A stretch of DNA of 64,000 nucleotides from Eimeria praecox (lineage: Eukaryota), in the NCBI GenBank assembly GCA_963920595.1, contig OY986949.1:5332001-5396000 (forward strand). Direction: 5' to 3'. Positions 11,123 to 25,769 of this stretch are shown here, piece after piece. Made by a program: the position numbers and the translations under genes. The notes under the pieces were generated by a model that saw only the letters and a list, made by a program, of their open reading frames with translations, searched no databases and was not told where the DNA came from. Position 1 is the first letter of the stretch. Each line of letters starts with the position of its first letter.

Positions 11123-14100
11123 GCTCCTTTGGACACTGGAGCCTAAGAGAGATTCGTCCCATAGCCTCCAACAGCAAACTCCGTCTGCACTCATCTCTTA
11201 TGATCGTTATAGTGGCTGGATTGATTTATTTACTACTGATTTCAGTTGTTTGTACTTGCCTAATAAGTGGAAGCTCAAGCAGTAGTGCCACCCTCTGTAG
11301 GGAGACAAGCACTCAAGACCAAGGAGTGACGAGGGGCTCCAACGCATCAACCGAAATACAGGATTATATACATCAAAGAAAATAGAAAAGAGGTCCAAAA
11401 GTGAGCAGCAGGAAAAGTAGCAACGCTAATTCAACTTGCGGTTTATACAACCAGTGCAGTGACTGTCTTCGAGGGGACTAGCGTCGTCCTCCTATGGGCA
11501 ATTTTATTGCCAAGTTAAAGCAGTAACGAGTTTAGCAAATTTAAGAATATTTAATAGGAGGAAACGGTTTTAACAGGGGAAATGCATGCGAAAAACGAAG
11601 AGGGAGCAATTCTTAATCAACCGCTTGTATTAGCAACTGACCAGGGTGGTTAAGGCACTCAGCGAAATGAACAGAAGCAAAGGAGGGACCAAGACGAAGG
11701 GAAACAGGACACATAATCAAAATAAATAATTTAAAATGAAGAAAAACATCTGAAAAAGAACAAACAATTATTAAGTAGCTCCTGTGGAGCCGTTGTGCCG
11801 AAAATCACCAAAGCCGTATACCCCCTTAGCAGACACGAAGCGGACCAGCGCGGTCGATATGGGAAGATATTAATTTATTCGTTTGCCTTGTGAAACTTCA
11901 ACAAAGTTCTCGCCTCAAAAGCAAAGACAAAACGAAAACGAAGCCACAACCCCCCCTCACCACGTGCACAAGATGACTACGCACTTAAACGCCTTCTCCT
12001 ACAGACCAACCCTGTACAGAGTTAGAGCAAGGTTTCAGTTGTAAATACAGCGAAATATGGTATTAACCGTTATAGAAGATACAATAAGCGCATTATCTTC
12101 ATTATCATCCAGTTACCTAAACTGTGTTACGTCACCTCGCCTAAGGGAATTGCTGCTGCATGCCAGCTAAAGAATCTGCCCTACATCATTTTGTAGTTTG
12201 CTAGTTTCAAACGGTAGGGAATAATCACAATAATAAACCCCATCAACCTTTCTAAACGGGTTAGTTACCTGATATGAGCACAAAGTGTAAGAGTGGAGGT
12301 CTTCGCCTGTCTACCACAAGCGTTCGGAAGCAGCAGCACTTAAACCTTTGCTAACATTTGTGCAATTAACCAAGTAGAAACGGAAAATAGAACCGGATAA
12401 CAGCAGCGTAAATAGTACAAGTGAGTTTTCTTTAAGTATTGCTACCTTTCGGAGGGCAACCCAGACAGAGGGAATCAAGTCGTAATGACGCGCTGCATAA
12501 AAATTGCCTCTTCTTTACTAGCGCCAAATGTTACTGACAATACTCATAACTCGTACAATATTCACAAAAAAACCTGCAGAGGAAAGCACCTCGACCAACG
12601 ATGCAGCATCTCATCGGCTACCATCGAGGGCAGCGAAGGCGGCTCACCGTACTAAGAAAAACACGTAGAAGAATCCAACACCTCGTCCGGCAGCATAGTA
12701 TCACGAATGAGCATTTAGAGTTAAGGAAAGGCCTTTTCTAGACCTGGAATGCGTGAGCTTACGCAGAGAGACGAAGCTCTCTCTACCAGCCAGCTGTGGC
12801 GTCTGTCGATTGTGAACAGACGAGCGCCTCAGCTAGAATAGGAGCAGCAGCTGCTCGTAAATGAATCTTAAAGGGCCTGCTCGTCTGGTACCACAAAGGT
12901 TTGTCGTTTCTTTGGGGTTGTTTAACCCGCTGTTGAGCTCCGCCTACCTGCGTTAGTCTTGAAGACTAACGCAAACAGATCATGAGGAACGCTCTTCAGG
13001 AGGAAACAGTATACTACACCCCAAACTACCCAGCTGTAGGGGTGCGATTCGCTCCTCTCGTCTGTCCCTGGTGGCCACGAGGAGCTACCAAGTGCAACGA
13101 GACTCCGCGATTTAAGCAGAGCTAGTTTGTGAGCAGCAATAGAGTCAAAATACCTCCGTTAGGTGCCCACAAAAATGTATTTCCTACCCTCTAGTCTCTA
13201 GGCTTCATGGAGATGCGACGGCACAATGGCCTGGTGTTGTCCCGGGTAGGAGGTGATCTATTATGTGTTGCAACGCTGCTAGCGATAAGGCAACTCCATG
13301 CAAGCCTGCTCACCCCCCCTTTCGAATGCGTGCACTTCCACTGTAGACAAGGGTTAAACACACAGAACACTTGCTTGAATGACCAGATGTATTCACTCGA
13401 ATCGCCAACAGAAGCGCATGCACCCCACCTTCCACACATCAAGCTGCAAATGCCACAGGCTACATTGCAGGCAACGGTCGCAAAAATTAAGCTTGCAACT
13501 CTATCGCCTTCCTGAGGAAGCCTACATATAACTTCATTTAATAAACTGAAACTAAACAGCTACTGCTTGACACATAAATATGGTTGGAGAGGACTTGTGT
13601 GCGCAAAGCCTTCTTAGCTCCGCACACACTAGCTTGCACGGTGAAAACAGCGTATGCCTGACAGTGTTGTGCTCCGCTCAGAAGATATTGTTAATGCATT
13701 TCCACATTATTATCTGGAAATAAACAACTTTATATATACAATACTAATTATGTGCACAATACTACACAAAACTGCCAGAGAGTGGCAACTCGGCTGCATG
13801 CAAGTGCAGCAAGAGCTGCGTTGAGTTGCATGCAGCTGCCAAGTGAGATATTGTTAGCACTTTTGAATGGAAGGCATTTATCCGAAACCCCCTGAAAAGG
13901 TGTCTTATGGGAGGTTTAGACCTTTAATTCTATTTACAGTCAACGCCTTTAGAGAAGACCGGGCCACACCACCACATTTGTTGCTGTGGTGTCTCTTTGC
14001 CTTCGCTGTGGCCTTGCTCCTGCCCACTTAACAGAGATGTTTCATGGTTGAACGGTCTTTCTTCGTTTATTTTCTCCATTTATTTCATTTCGGCTTCTTT

Positions 14101-14760
14101 TAAACCGTTTCGTTCCAGCGGTTCCGCAGTACCCGCACCCTTCGGAATGCACAGCCACTCGAATTAAGAACATATCACGGAAGCCGTCGCATACAGCACG
14201 GCTAGTGGTTATATTCAGCAACAGTTCCCTTCTATGTTCCATTCTCCTTTATTAGATCTGATCTATGCATGAGTCCGCACGCAGCAAGCTCAACAGCTGT
14301 ATCACATGCCCAAGTGTCTACCTGAACTGATCTCGACTTCAGCATCAGCCGTCGACCCGTTCACAGCTTTCTTGACAGCAGAGGCAGATTGCATCAAATG
14401 AAAGCATTAACTCCAATAAGCATCATTCTGAGGCGTACCAACAACAAGATCGCGAAGTTGCCGCCTCCCAGGTCTTAGAGGGCAGGCAAAACTGTGTATT
14501 ATAACACTGCATCTGCTATTTGTGCTCTCATTATCTGCTGCCGAGTGACGCCTCTTCAGCCTTCTCTCACAGCAGCTAACTGCTGCTGCTGAGAATTATA
14601 CATATGTGCATGTACGCGTACATGCACATATATAGGTGTTGGTTGTTGTACGTTACATAGGATGTGGTTTGATTACTCAGCACCCCCCTGCCCCTTTTTG
14701 GTAGGGGAGGGGGTTTTGTTCTCTCTGTTGGGGGGTTTAACATTGCGACAATTGCTGAAA

Positions 14761-17700
14761 ATGTATTATTCCCTGAAACAATCGCCTTCGTTTCCAACCG
14801 GTGGCGGAGCAGGAGACAACAGCCCAGCGCCTTTGTCTCGTATTAGTCTTAGTGGGGGACAGACTCGTTTTTCCTTTATTTCTCTTCTGTTTGCATCATC
14901 CCTCAGTAAGTTCATTTTTCAGTGTCTGGCTTGTCAGTGCAAATATCACTTCCTCTCCATTTCCTTGTCGCCTGTAGGCTTGATTATTCGTGTTTATATC
15001 TTACTATTAAGAATGTTGATGCAGATACCTCTAACTGCATATTCCGTATTCTTTCTCTTCTATGATAAGCAGAAAATTATTATTATTCTGAGTTTGTTGA
15101 TTTCTTACTTCTGATTTGAAATCGCAGGGCAAACTGTGCCCAGCGTTATTCTTCAGTGTCTCTGCTTCACTTTCCAGTATTATAATTTCTAGTGCTACTT
15201 CGCTTGTCTGGACAGTACGCATCAGTATTATTAACCTTATGTTTTCTGTATTGCTGTTATTTATTTGAGATGATTCTGAGTGGGGTTATAAGACCTTCGC
15301 TGTGTAGAGAGTTTGGCTTCGTCCAACGGCTGCTTTCTAGCTTACTCTGTTCTCTACATTGGGAGCAAGTTCTGTGTTTGCTTGCCCGCATATTTCATCA
15401 TTTCCTCTTGTTTTCTTGTTTTTTCGTTTGTTTTATTGTAATTGCTTTCTTACTCGCTTCAACTCTGCTGCTGTTTCAGTTCGGGCGTTGGCGTTGTTTG
15501 GCACGGCGTTCTTGTGCCGTCGGATGGCGATGCGAAGAGAAGAAGTATCTGCAACATCATCTTCTTCTTTTTCATCATCTAATAACCGCAGCAACAGCAA
15601 TAGCAATGTTAACGGCAGCAGCGGCAGCAGCAGCAGCAACAATGTAGACGGTGCGGATACACCCCTTTCGTTCAATTTTTCTCTTGATGAGGAGTGGATT
15701 GTTTATTTATTTGACTCTTTCCCTTCACTCGTCTTCTGCTCCGCCGTCTCACTCGTTGTTCTCTTCTGGGCAAGGATATACTATGCCGCTAACCTCGTCG
15801 CCTACCCCTTGTTTTCGTGGGTCTTCGTTGAATTAAGCAATATTTGATCGGATAGGAGCATCTGGCATAACACCTATATCAAAGCTCTTAGTGCCCAGCA
15901 GCCACGATGTAGCTTAAAGCCCTCTGAGCAGTCACCATATCCTTCTTGGTATTAAGGTGGAAATGTTGCATCCATGTGCAGTACAAAACACCACCACTTC
16001 ATATACTGTTGTAGACCCGTGTGTATGCTTCTGTGTGCATAGTTGGTACATATATATACAAATATTTTCCTACCATAGTGTGGGTGGAGACATGGTGAAA
16101 CCGGTGCTATCTGCGTGTTACGCGCATACTAGTTGTGTTTATGCTGGTTGTTGTTTGCGTTTTATGTGAATCTCCGTTTCATCTGCTCTGTTTCTGCTGC
16201 AGGCGGATGCATTCTGTGTTATCTGTGGTGTTATTTGCGTCGTACGCTTTTTGCATTTCTGTTGCGGTGCTGCTGCAAGCCAAGAGGGCTGCATGTGCAT
16301 TTCTTCAAGGTCTAGAGGCATTGTTATTCGGCGCAGAAGCTATCGCCTTTCTCTTGTATGGAATCAAGGCAAGCAAAGCTTCAGCGATAGCCTGTACAGA
16401 GGCTTCAGGGTTGAGGGTTTAGTTCTTCGGGCTTACGCCGAAGACGAACTTGCTGTCAACAGCCTTTTTTCACTTTGGGGCTTGGAGTTCTAGGCCTGCA
16501 TCAGGGAACGGGATGCTGGGATTAGGGCGTAATTATTGTGTCTGCGATGGTGTTACGCAGGTCGCCAAGAAAGTCTCAGAAAGGGGCAAATCCGCCTCAA
16601 GGAAGAGCAGTATCGTTAGAAGGGTACAAAGTGCTTGCACTGAACGCGCCGTAAAAGCAAATTAATAGAATGTCTGAGCAGAATACAACCAGATTAGCAC
16701 GGGTCTACTGATTTGTTTGCAGTTGCATGAAAAGGCATCATGCCGTGTGGCTGTTAGTTGCTCCTTCATATGAAGGCAGCATGCGCAGACAAATGGTTGA
16801 TGAGAGGCACTAATGTGCATGCATATACACGTGAAGTACGATTGTGGTTGAGCATCTGCTGTATCTTCTTTGCTGTGGTGTACCAGTAAACACAGCCGCG
16901 CATGCTTGCACATGCATGCATATATCCATTGCCTGCTTGTGCGTTTGTGTGTCTCCTCGCCAGGTGATATTTTTGTCTATGGTCTGCCCGATCCTATTCG
17001 GATTTCGCAGTTTTATGGCATTTAAAGGAGCGACGCCTCCGCTGCATCCGCTGCACGTATTACCGGGAGTTGTCACTCCGCCTCAGGTCCTAGCTGGGCA
17101 GGTATGTAGATGCTGCACTGGCACTTCAGCTGCGAGTTAATGTGCGACCTGAAGTTGGTGCTTCTGGTTTACAGCTGCAACTGGATGCTGCTAACTTCTG
17201 TTGTCGATGGTGCTTCTGTGCTCCACTGTAGAAAAGGGAGTTGAGTTAGCACTGCTGGTCCAGGAGGTTATTGAACTTCGGTTTTTGCTTTTTCAGATAT
17301 ATTTCGTGACGGAGTGGGTCCCAACGCTTTTGATTCTGCTGACGTTTTGGCACCGCAAAGGAGGAGCAGCGAGAGGGCAGCAGCAGCAAAGGCCCTCAGC
17401 GTCGCCAGCGGATGCAGAGGAAGAAGTCGTGGCGGTAAGCAAACGCCTTGCATGCTTATTCACGCCTAGAGACAAAATCTATGCAGCATGCCTCCATGCT
17501 TTGCTTCATTCCGTCCGTGCAGTGCTGTCTGTTGAAAGGTGTTCATGCACTGGGTTCTGGGTTCGATTGCATTCCTCAACTTCCCCATTATCAGTTTCCT
17601 GCATCATGCAGCGGAGCAAGAGAATGGTGAAGATTGGTCTGCTTACGTGCCTGTGCACAGGGCAGCTTCGATTCAACGATCATGGCGCCCCTGATGCAGC

Positions 17701-18065
17701 AGAACGTCTACCCATTTACCCCTGCTCCCTCCCACCCTCAAGCACAAGGAGACATTAGCCACGGCCCGGTAAGGCAACAGAAGCAAAATCGTTGGATAAC
17801 GTTTATAGAAGTGGTTCTACTGCTTGTCGCACTGTAGTGAAGGCATGCTTAGTATAAGTTCTTCTGCTTGCAAGGGCAAGCATGTAACCACCCTGCTTTT
17901 CAATGTTTGCTGTGAATTTCAATTCAGGCCATGCCTAGCGAGGTGTATCCTCAATTTATGCACCCCCAGGTCCCTTACAGGGATTCATTCTCCAGCTATG
18001 CGCCGACGGCGTCATCTGGTGGCTACAGTCATGCACAGTACCATCAGCAAGGGCAGCGGCAGTGA
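14761..18065 (+). CDS. THH1/TOM1/TOM3-domain (GPR137-like) multi-pass membrane protein, multi-exon; ends approximate
   Basis: DSFPSLVFCSAVSLVVLFWARIYYAA matches the TOM1-family xPxLxFxSxxxLxVLFWAxIY motif. Later pieces AFLLYGIK, VIFLSMVCPILFGFR and IYFVTEWVPTLLILLTF follow TOM1 TM5-TM7 order. Splice-compatible exons lie at ~15480, 16203, 16561, 16964, 17297, 17661 and 17981. Confidence 0.8.
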
Positions 18066-18943
18066 TTTGGCTTAATCCAAACGGGAACGTGCTGCTGCTT
18101 GATGGCCAAAGTTTCACAACGCACCTGCTCGCCCTAGCTTGCTTTACCCGAAAATGTTTAGGCGGCTGTTTCCCTGGTGCAGCTGCTAATGCTCTTGCTG
18201 TTGCACCATAAAAGGGCAGTGGAGAGTCGCTTCCAGAGGAGGTGTTTAGTTGTTGCCTTTGAACGACATGGTGCATGCAATGAGCTGCTGCCTCGTGTTT
18301 AGACCCTCCGCAACAAAGGAGGGTAACCTCCGGGCGGTAGTTGTTTCCTTGGACAATAATGTCGTTTAGCATATTGAAAACAAAACATGCTTCGTGCAAA
18401 ACGGCTAAAAGGCCAAGTAAATACTTCTGTTACAAGGCAACCCGCCCCAGCGGATGTATCGTCTTGCGTTATACTGTGCAGCATGAAGGCACGTACGCTG
18501 CTGTTTAAATTAATTTACTTAAAAATAAGCTTGAAGTACTCCCTCTCGTCCACAAGGGGTCCCTATTAAGCAACGGCCTGAAGAAATCCACATATCACGG
18601 TTCTCGACATCCTACTAGGAAGAGAACACGAAAAAAGACAAAAAGCAGCGCGCCGCACAGTTGCTCGCTCCTTCACTTCTCTGTCAGTGGAGACCTCAAG
18701 GGAGGTGTGTTAAGTTGAACAGGTTTTAAACAAGGACGTAGGATATTAATTGGGGCCCGCAAGCATGCATTCGCCTCAAGGGGGGCTGTGGGGTGCGAAG
18801 CACATATGCACCTGGCTTGAGGTTGTGGCCCCGAATACAAGTGAGTGTATAGTTCTGCGAACTATAAAACAAATTTCAAATGACAAAAAGCAAACACAGA
18901 AGACACAGCCTGAACTCGCGCCATGCTCAAGCCCTGCAGTTGA

Positions 18944-21900
18944 CTAGGCGGAAGTTGCCTCTTGTATGCATCTTCTGAATTCTTGGAGTTGCTCTTCAGA
19001 ATTAAAAAGCAGTGTAAGTGAAGCAGGCATCTCAGACGCTCCCGCCACATCGTTGGGCGCACGTGGTCGGAACGCTTGCTGAGTGCCAGCAGCTGTAGGG
19101 AAGGTGTTCGGTTCAACGTGCTTTCCTTGCGCGTGCATCTGGACAGATGGGGTATGGGTAACAGCAGAATCATGCACCTTCCATGGCCCCACTCTTCTTG
19201 GTGGCTTGCCTCCCTTTTGTTTGTCTTTAGACGTCCCACTTTCGTCTAGTTGCTGTTCTTCCGCGATAACAGAAACACTGGTTTTCAGGCCAGCCCCTTT
19301 ATTCCCTTTCCTTCCTAGCTTGCAGAAATGCCTCAGCATACAGCAGGAGGAGGCCAGCTCGGTGCTACCTTTCAGTGCACGAAGGTAGCAGTACCGGCGC
19401 TTTCCACAATTAAAGGCGCTTTTGGGGATGTGGAGCACAAGAGGATATTTACAAGAAGCTGACGAGAGTTGTGTTTCTGCCGTGCTGAGGTGGCGGCGGA
19501 TGTGGCTGTTCACAAATGAATCCGTAGACTCCTCCTGCATCATGCCTAGAAGAGTACAGAGGACATCTTGTGGCCTCTGGTGCTGTACTGAAAGAGAAGT
19601 TGATGTTCCGCCCTCTTCTCTTCCCGCTGCAGGGGCCTCGCTACAAGGTGACAAAACTTCAGGGGGGAGCAGAATACGGAGTTCTTCGAGCGCAGACCGG
19701 CTGCCGCACCAAAGCAAGCTGAGGTAAACACCAGAAGACGCTTCTGTAGATCCGTTGGTGTTGAGTCTTCTGGGTGCACTTGCCAGCGTGAGTAGAACTC
19801 TCTGGCCTGTGCGCAAGTCTTTAAGGCAGCTAAAGTGGACGTCGGTGGCATGCCGAAGTATGGCTTTCGCCGTCATGTATTTGCTTCTAACTGGATTTGA
19901 AATTCCACGAAAGCAAATCCCAGGCGTTCTTCCTTCTTGCTTGAGCAGTCGAGGATTTATAGAGGAAATAAAGAGACAAGAATGACGCGTATCTATTGCA
20001 GGCAAATGAAGGCCCTGCACGGACTGGACAGCAAATATAACAACAACACGGGAAATGAGTGCATGGACGCATGCAAGAACGCATTTTCTGAAGGCAGAAC
20101 AAAATTCATAGCGCTTCCGCTATGCCTTTTGTGCGGCATTATCTTCCCCGTATCTGTACTAGATCATCACACCTTTGCTTATGCGTCTACAAAGAACCGC
20201 TGCAACTGACAGGCAGACTGTTCACGAAACGCAGAATGCAGCACTAAAGGGTTGCTGTAGATTTACCCTTGGAGAGACAGCTCTTCTGTCGAGAAGAAAG
20301 TCCACGAATTTAAGGCTCCACAGATAATGAAAAGCCGAGTGCATTTCAACAGCCCGTCGCAACGCCGCTTGAGTTGGAGGCTTTGCCAAATAATATGAAA
20401 GCGCAAGCAGCAAAATGGAGTACAGAAAAGCCGCAACGACCGCCACAGCATCTGAGAGCGAATGCATATGACAAAAAGCACAGCATGTCCTGCTCAAACC
20501 TCACTACGTTTGAGAAGACCGCAGTAGACCAACACAGCAGCACAGGAGTCTGCGCAACTCGTTATCTGCATTGCACCACGTCGACCAGCGGGAAGGAGAT
20601 AGGCAGCCTGCTGGCATGAACGACGGCGAACAGGCTGGGAACGAAGATAAAAGAACGTGCAGCAGATAACCCGCTGGAAAGTGCATATTTGTAGCTCGTG
20701 AATGCATTCAAACATAACGACCTGAAACCCACCTCCGGCTTGAAACTGAAGAGGGTGTGGACTGTCCGCTTTTTGCCCGCTGCACACGAGGCCAGCAATG
20801 AAAGCAGCAGCTACGAGACCGGCAAGGGTATGCGTTGCGATAAAGCGCCGTTCCATAGCGCGGCTAACATATAGGCTTGGAGAGCCTTGCGTTAACGAAT
20901 CTGAAAGGAGTAGAAACACGTAAACTTACACCGGCACCATTTAGAAACAAAACCCTTACACACACATATGAGGTAGTGCCATGCCAGGCACAGATATTTC
21001 ACTGTTCAAATGGCCTGCCGAACAAGTGTGGCCTGGATTACAGCAGGTTTGAATGCCCACGAACGATTATCCCATCAGCCTACGTCTGTGTTGTGGCATT
21101 TTAGTGCAGATTCTCTTGCGTACCAACGAAAGAATTGCACACGAGCTGCAGCAAGTTCCCGCGCTCCCCCATGCCTATAATTAATGGATCGCCGCCATCT
21201 TCTGCCGGGCGCAACCTTTTCAGCTGATGACGGCACAAAAATTGCAGAGGAAATGGCTTTTGGAAACAGAAGCGCAAGCATTATTCATGAAGAGTGTGGT
21301 GGATAGGCACGGAAAGCGTCTGCTATGCAGATGGTGGCTGAGGCAGCGTTGTATGTCTGAGTCTCAAACACTATTTTTCTCGCTTTTCGCTTTCCCCTTC
21401 TTGCAGGGAACTTACCGACGCAAATATACGCTCCCGAAGGTCTAGATCAAGCGAGCATTTCAGCGCTTTCCACTTGAATAGAGAAGCCGTCAGCTGCAGA
21501 GCTCCAGTGCACAATGAGAGAACAAAAGAGAGCGCCACAGCAAATCCAACGAAAAAGCGTGGGCCTCTGCCTCCGTCAAACAGATATAACACCAAAAGTA
21601 GCGCCCACACCGCCAAAAACATACAGCTAAGTATCAGCAGATGCAGCCTGGGGCCGTACGCGCACCTGAAAAGCCACGACAAACGCAACGCTTATCTGAC
21701 TCATTTGCACCCTACTGCCAAACACAGCGGCTCTCCTGACTCAAGAAACCCTGTCCACAATAAGTCTTGCACTACCCACAGTGTCGTACGTGATTGAAAA
21801 GCAAAACAAAAGTAGTCAATTTTAGCGACGTCAGCGATTACCCGCTGATAGCTCGGCTGATTGCCTCGAACGCTTCAATTGAACGAGTGGTTGCCGGAAC

Positions 21901-24900
21901 TGAAGTGCGGCAGGGCGAGAGAGAATCGCTGTAGCGGTTAAAGGGCCCGGAAAAATCTGCTTCACACAGGGATCCGTTGCCCGGACGGCTGGTGTCCTCG
22001 CCGTCTTCTTCCTTCTCAGCGTCATGAGCAGGGACAGTGCTGCCTTCGTGCCACGCGTCTGCTTCGACAGTGATTATATCTTCAGATAATTTCACAACAT
22101 CAGCCTGCCGTGGATCTTTCATTCGTGTCCATGGCCTCTCCGTCTCTAAAGCATCATCTGCTTCTGCGGCAGCGGCAGCCGCGGCCCCTGTTGCTTTTGT
22201 AGGCGATTCGACTCGATTTGTTGCCAGCAGCCCGCTACACAGCAGCCTTCCAACTTGAGACTGCTCAAGCAAGCAATTTTTTGCCACCCCAAGGAACGCC
22301 TGAGCTGTGCTGTTGAGGACGTATTTGGTCTCTGAAGCTACTTTCCTTTCTTCATCTGCTCGTCCACCTGGGTGTAATGGGGCAGTGCCGGTCGCTGCGC
22401 CTTCCTCTTCAAGAGTTCGCTGACGCTTGCGAGAAGCCTGCACATACAGATGCAGCAGATACTGGGCATATGGTACAGTTGTGCATGTTTCCATCAAGCG
22501 TTTGCAGAGGTGTACATCATGCAAAGGGCTTAAAGCAAAATGGCACGTCGTTGGAAGATCGGGAACGGCGGAACAAGTGAGGAGACCTTTAGATAGACAC
22601 AACGCTTCATCGTGATAGTTGGAAAGCAACTGCTAAGAAAGGCTAAAACGTTACGATCACACAAACATCACCAAGCAGGGCAGTTTTGGTCTAGAAACGA
22701 TGCCCTACGAAATCTCCACAATAAATGAAGTTGCAAACAGGCTAACGTGCGTGCATGCACATAAAGCGCGGCTGTTCAAAGAGCCTTACAGATATGCTGC
22801 GCAGCATGTAAGAAGGGGATTAGTGATGCTTACAGATTTTAGAATATGAGGAACGACTGCAAGAGACCTTCGTGAGACTGCAGCCTCTGTTGGTGCGTCT
22901 TCGCTGGTGATCGACTGGACAGATCTGAGTCGTGTATCTAGCGTAGCAGCAGCAAGCTGCAGCTCCTTAGTAACGCGGCGGCCTGGTGGAGCTTCGTTTG
23001 CACCAGATCTTGATTGCTCACAGTTGCCTACTGAAGCCAGACGGGTGCTGCTGTAGCTGCTCATTCGTGTCGAGTCCGCAAGCGGCCCTCCTGCTGGTCC
23101 TCTGCATGCTGTGCTTGGAGGCTCTTCAGGGAAACGGCTTGAGGAGGCTTCCCGATCTTCTTCGAAATATCTAGAGGCGTGTGTGTACGTGTCTTCTCGC
23201 AAATCTTGTTCCTCTTCGAACTCCACTGTTTGGCCTTGATCTTTAGAAGACCGTTGCTCCGTATCTTCTTGAGTAGCTGAATCCGCTGATCGAGCCTCCT
23301 CACAGTTAAAAGGTGACTGTTCGACACTGTTAGGAAGGTCGTCATCTGTGGAGTACCGCACTTCCCACTCCTGTGGGTCCCCCAAACGCAACAAGGGCAC
23401 TTTTCCTGGGTCTTCATCCAGTTGCACAGTTGCTGGACCCCCTGCTGGTGCTCTTGCTGTTTTCATCAATCCTTCGGTTGCCGTTCCCGAGTCACTCGAA
23501 GCAGCATCGGAGTCCTTCTCCGGCGCTGTTGCGCCTTGAGCGTCCCCACTAGCCGCCTCGCCGTCTTCAGAGTGCAGAGATGCGGCGCTCAGGAAATCTA
23601 CAATTCTGCTCATTCTGTGTGCAGCCGTGTTTGCACTGTAGAGCTCGCGGAGGTTCTCCCCGTTATCTGAATTGCTGCTCGCTTTGCTCTGGCTATCGTT
23701 TGCACCTTGGGAGGGAGAGGCAGAACGCCCCCATACCGCATCAAATGCCCCCGGAACATCTTCGCCGCCACACTCTTCGGGAGGCAGCTCAGGCGAATTG
23801 CCTGCTTGTGCTGCAGGTGCTGGCCCATCTAAACCTTTGTCGCTCTCCTGTTCGCAAGCGCGAGGACTGCTTGGTTCAGCATCACTCTCTTTGCCTCTTG
23901 GGCTTTCTACTTCCACCTCTTCATCGCTGGTGAAGAACTGCCACTGTGATACCTTCAAAGTTTCTGAATTTTGCGCTTGTTCCTGTTGCTCTGGATAGAT
24001 GTGAATGTTCTCTTCGAAAGTTTGCTCCTCCGATTCCCAGTCATGTTCTCGGACAATCGTCTCCAAAAGAGTAGATCGTTCTCGCCGCTTTGATTTGCCT
24101 GGAGGAGGGCTGATGATCTCCACCCCGTCGCTCTGTGAGGCAGATGAACCGCCAACTTCCGTCAGACGGAAAGGACTCGTTGCCTTGAGCTGCTCCTGAA
24201 GACGGGCTTTCTGCGCCTGAGACTCTGCAGCCTCCAACGAGAAGAGAGTCGCAATATGCCGCCGATCTTCCCTGCAGAAATAGAGAAAATTGCTACGCGC
24301 TGTCAACTTTGTGCGTGCAAGCAGCAAAGCGTGTCACCATGATGACAGCAATTGCAGAACGCATGATCTCATTAACTATCGGGACACGATCATCAGTGCC
24401 TCACCTGACAGAGACCTGTGCTTCATCGTCTGTTGGATGCATCAATGCGGGTACGGGGCGTTTCTCCTCTGCAGAATTTCCGCAAAGACGCAGAGGGGGA
24501 ATATAGAGAAAATGCTCAGGTATGACGCCATCTTGTTGAGCCTGAGATCCACATCTGTTTTCCAGAGACGACCGACGTGAGGAATGGGGAGAGAACGATG
24601 CTGAACTGTGTACTTCGTCTGCAGCGCACGCATAAACAGAGGAGCCCGCTTCAGAATATACTAGACATCTAGATATATCTAGATATTTCGTAGCAGTTGC
24701 TGTTTTATGAAGGAGGGGGGTCTATGGAAACACGTGTCCCCCTTTAAGCCATGCCTCTTCTCATTTCGGAGAGTCACTGCCCCCCGTATTTTGGTAGTCA
24801 AAGCCAACAGCGCCTGCCAGTGTGGCTCGGGAGCATACCTTGCATGCAGTCAGTGTGCTCAACAGAGACAGAAACGCATTCTTCTTCGCCTAGTGTTTCA

Positions 24901-25769
24901 AAGGGGGCTGCTTCATCTCTTTGTTTAGATTCAGCACCAAATACGTCAACTTCGTCATTTCCTGAGGTGAAATCATCGTCTATTAACCCCAGCAGTATCT
25001 TCTCAAAGGTCGGAGGTGGGAGGTGGCGAGGAGAAATCACCTTTTTAGGGGGAGGCCGCGAAGAGCCCTTGCGTGAAAGTTCTTCAAAAGCGTGTTTAGT
25101 CGGAGACAGGACAGTCCCCTCTTTTCTCCTCCGGCCTTCGGTTTCACGTCTGGATTTGCTGAGGCTCTTCCGGTGCCCATGGCGTTGGCTACTGGTAGAT
25201 CGTCCCCTGTGGCCCGTTGATTCATCACGATTCTTTTTTTTATCTGACCTGCCACGAGAGCGAGAAAGGACGGTGAAGTCTTGATCGGTTTCCGTTCCCT
25301 GTCTGCCGCTTTCCACGCTTCCAGTGTTGCCTCCTTGCGCTTGCACCGGGGTGGCAGGGGCATGCGATAGCGAAGTGGAAGAGGAGCCTAACCAGGCCCG
25401 AGCAGCTATAGCAGGGCTGCTGACTCGACGTCTACCGGAGATCTGAGACATAACGCTAGGACTGCGAGAACCCTCGGAAGGAGGGGCCTTGGGCGACCGC
25501 TGCGACAGCAGCTTCATAAAGGCTGGTGATGTCGGCCTCTCCACATCTGAGGGTTCCAAACGATGATGGCGCGAGGAAGAATGTAGCGAGTGAGCAGATT
25601 CTCGTGCCCCGTCAACCCTTCCCCAAGTATTTGCTCGAAGACTTCCCATCGTAATTCCCGAGGGGTTGGGGTAAGGAGCAGGACCACTTAATGACTCTGC
25701 CGCCAAAGATGGGCGCAACCGGGCCCCCAAATCTGAGCGCCTGCCGGAGTGCATGGTGTAATTGTCCAT
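18944..25769 (-). CDS. Large multi-exon hypothetical protein: long Ser/Glu-rich disordered N-terminal part plus several TM segments (may be more than one gene)
   Basis: Collinear long minus ORFs of 323, 513, 263 and 358 aa, plus hydrophobic exons at ~21470-21670, ~20780-20900 and ~20300-20460. ATG at 25769. No family recognised. Confidence 0.55.

Noticed and set aside
11400..14300. Possible small multi-exon minus-strand gene
   Set aside because: Some splice-like signals are present, but I could not build a consistent reading frame or recognise a domain.
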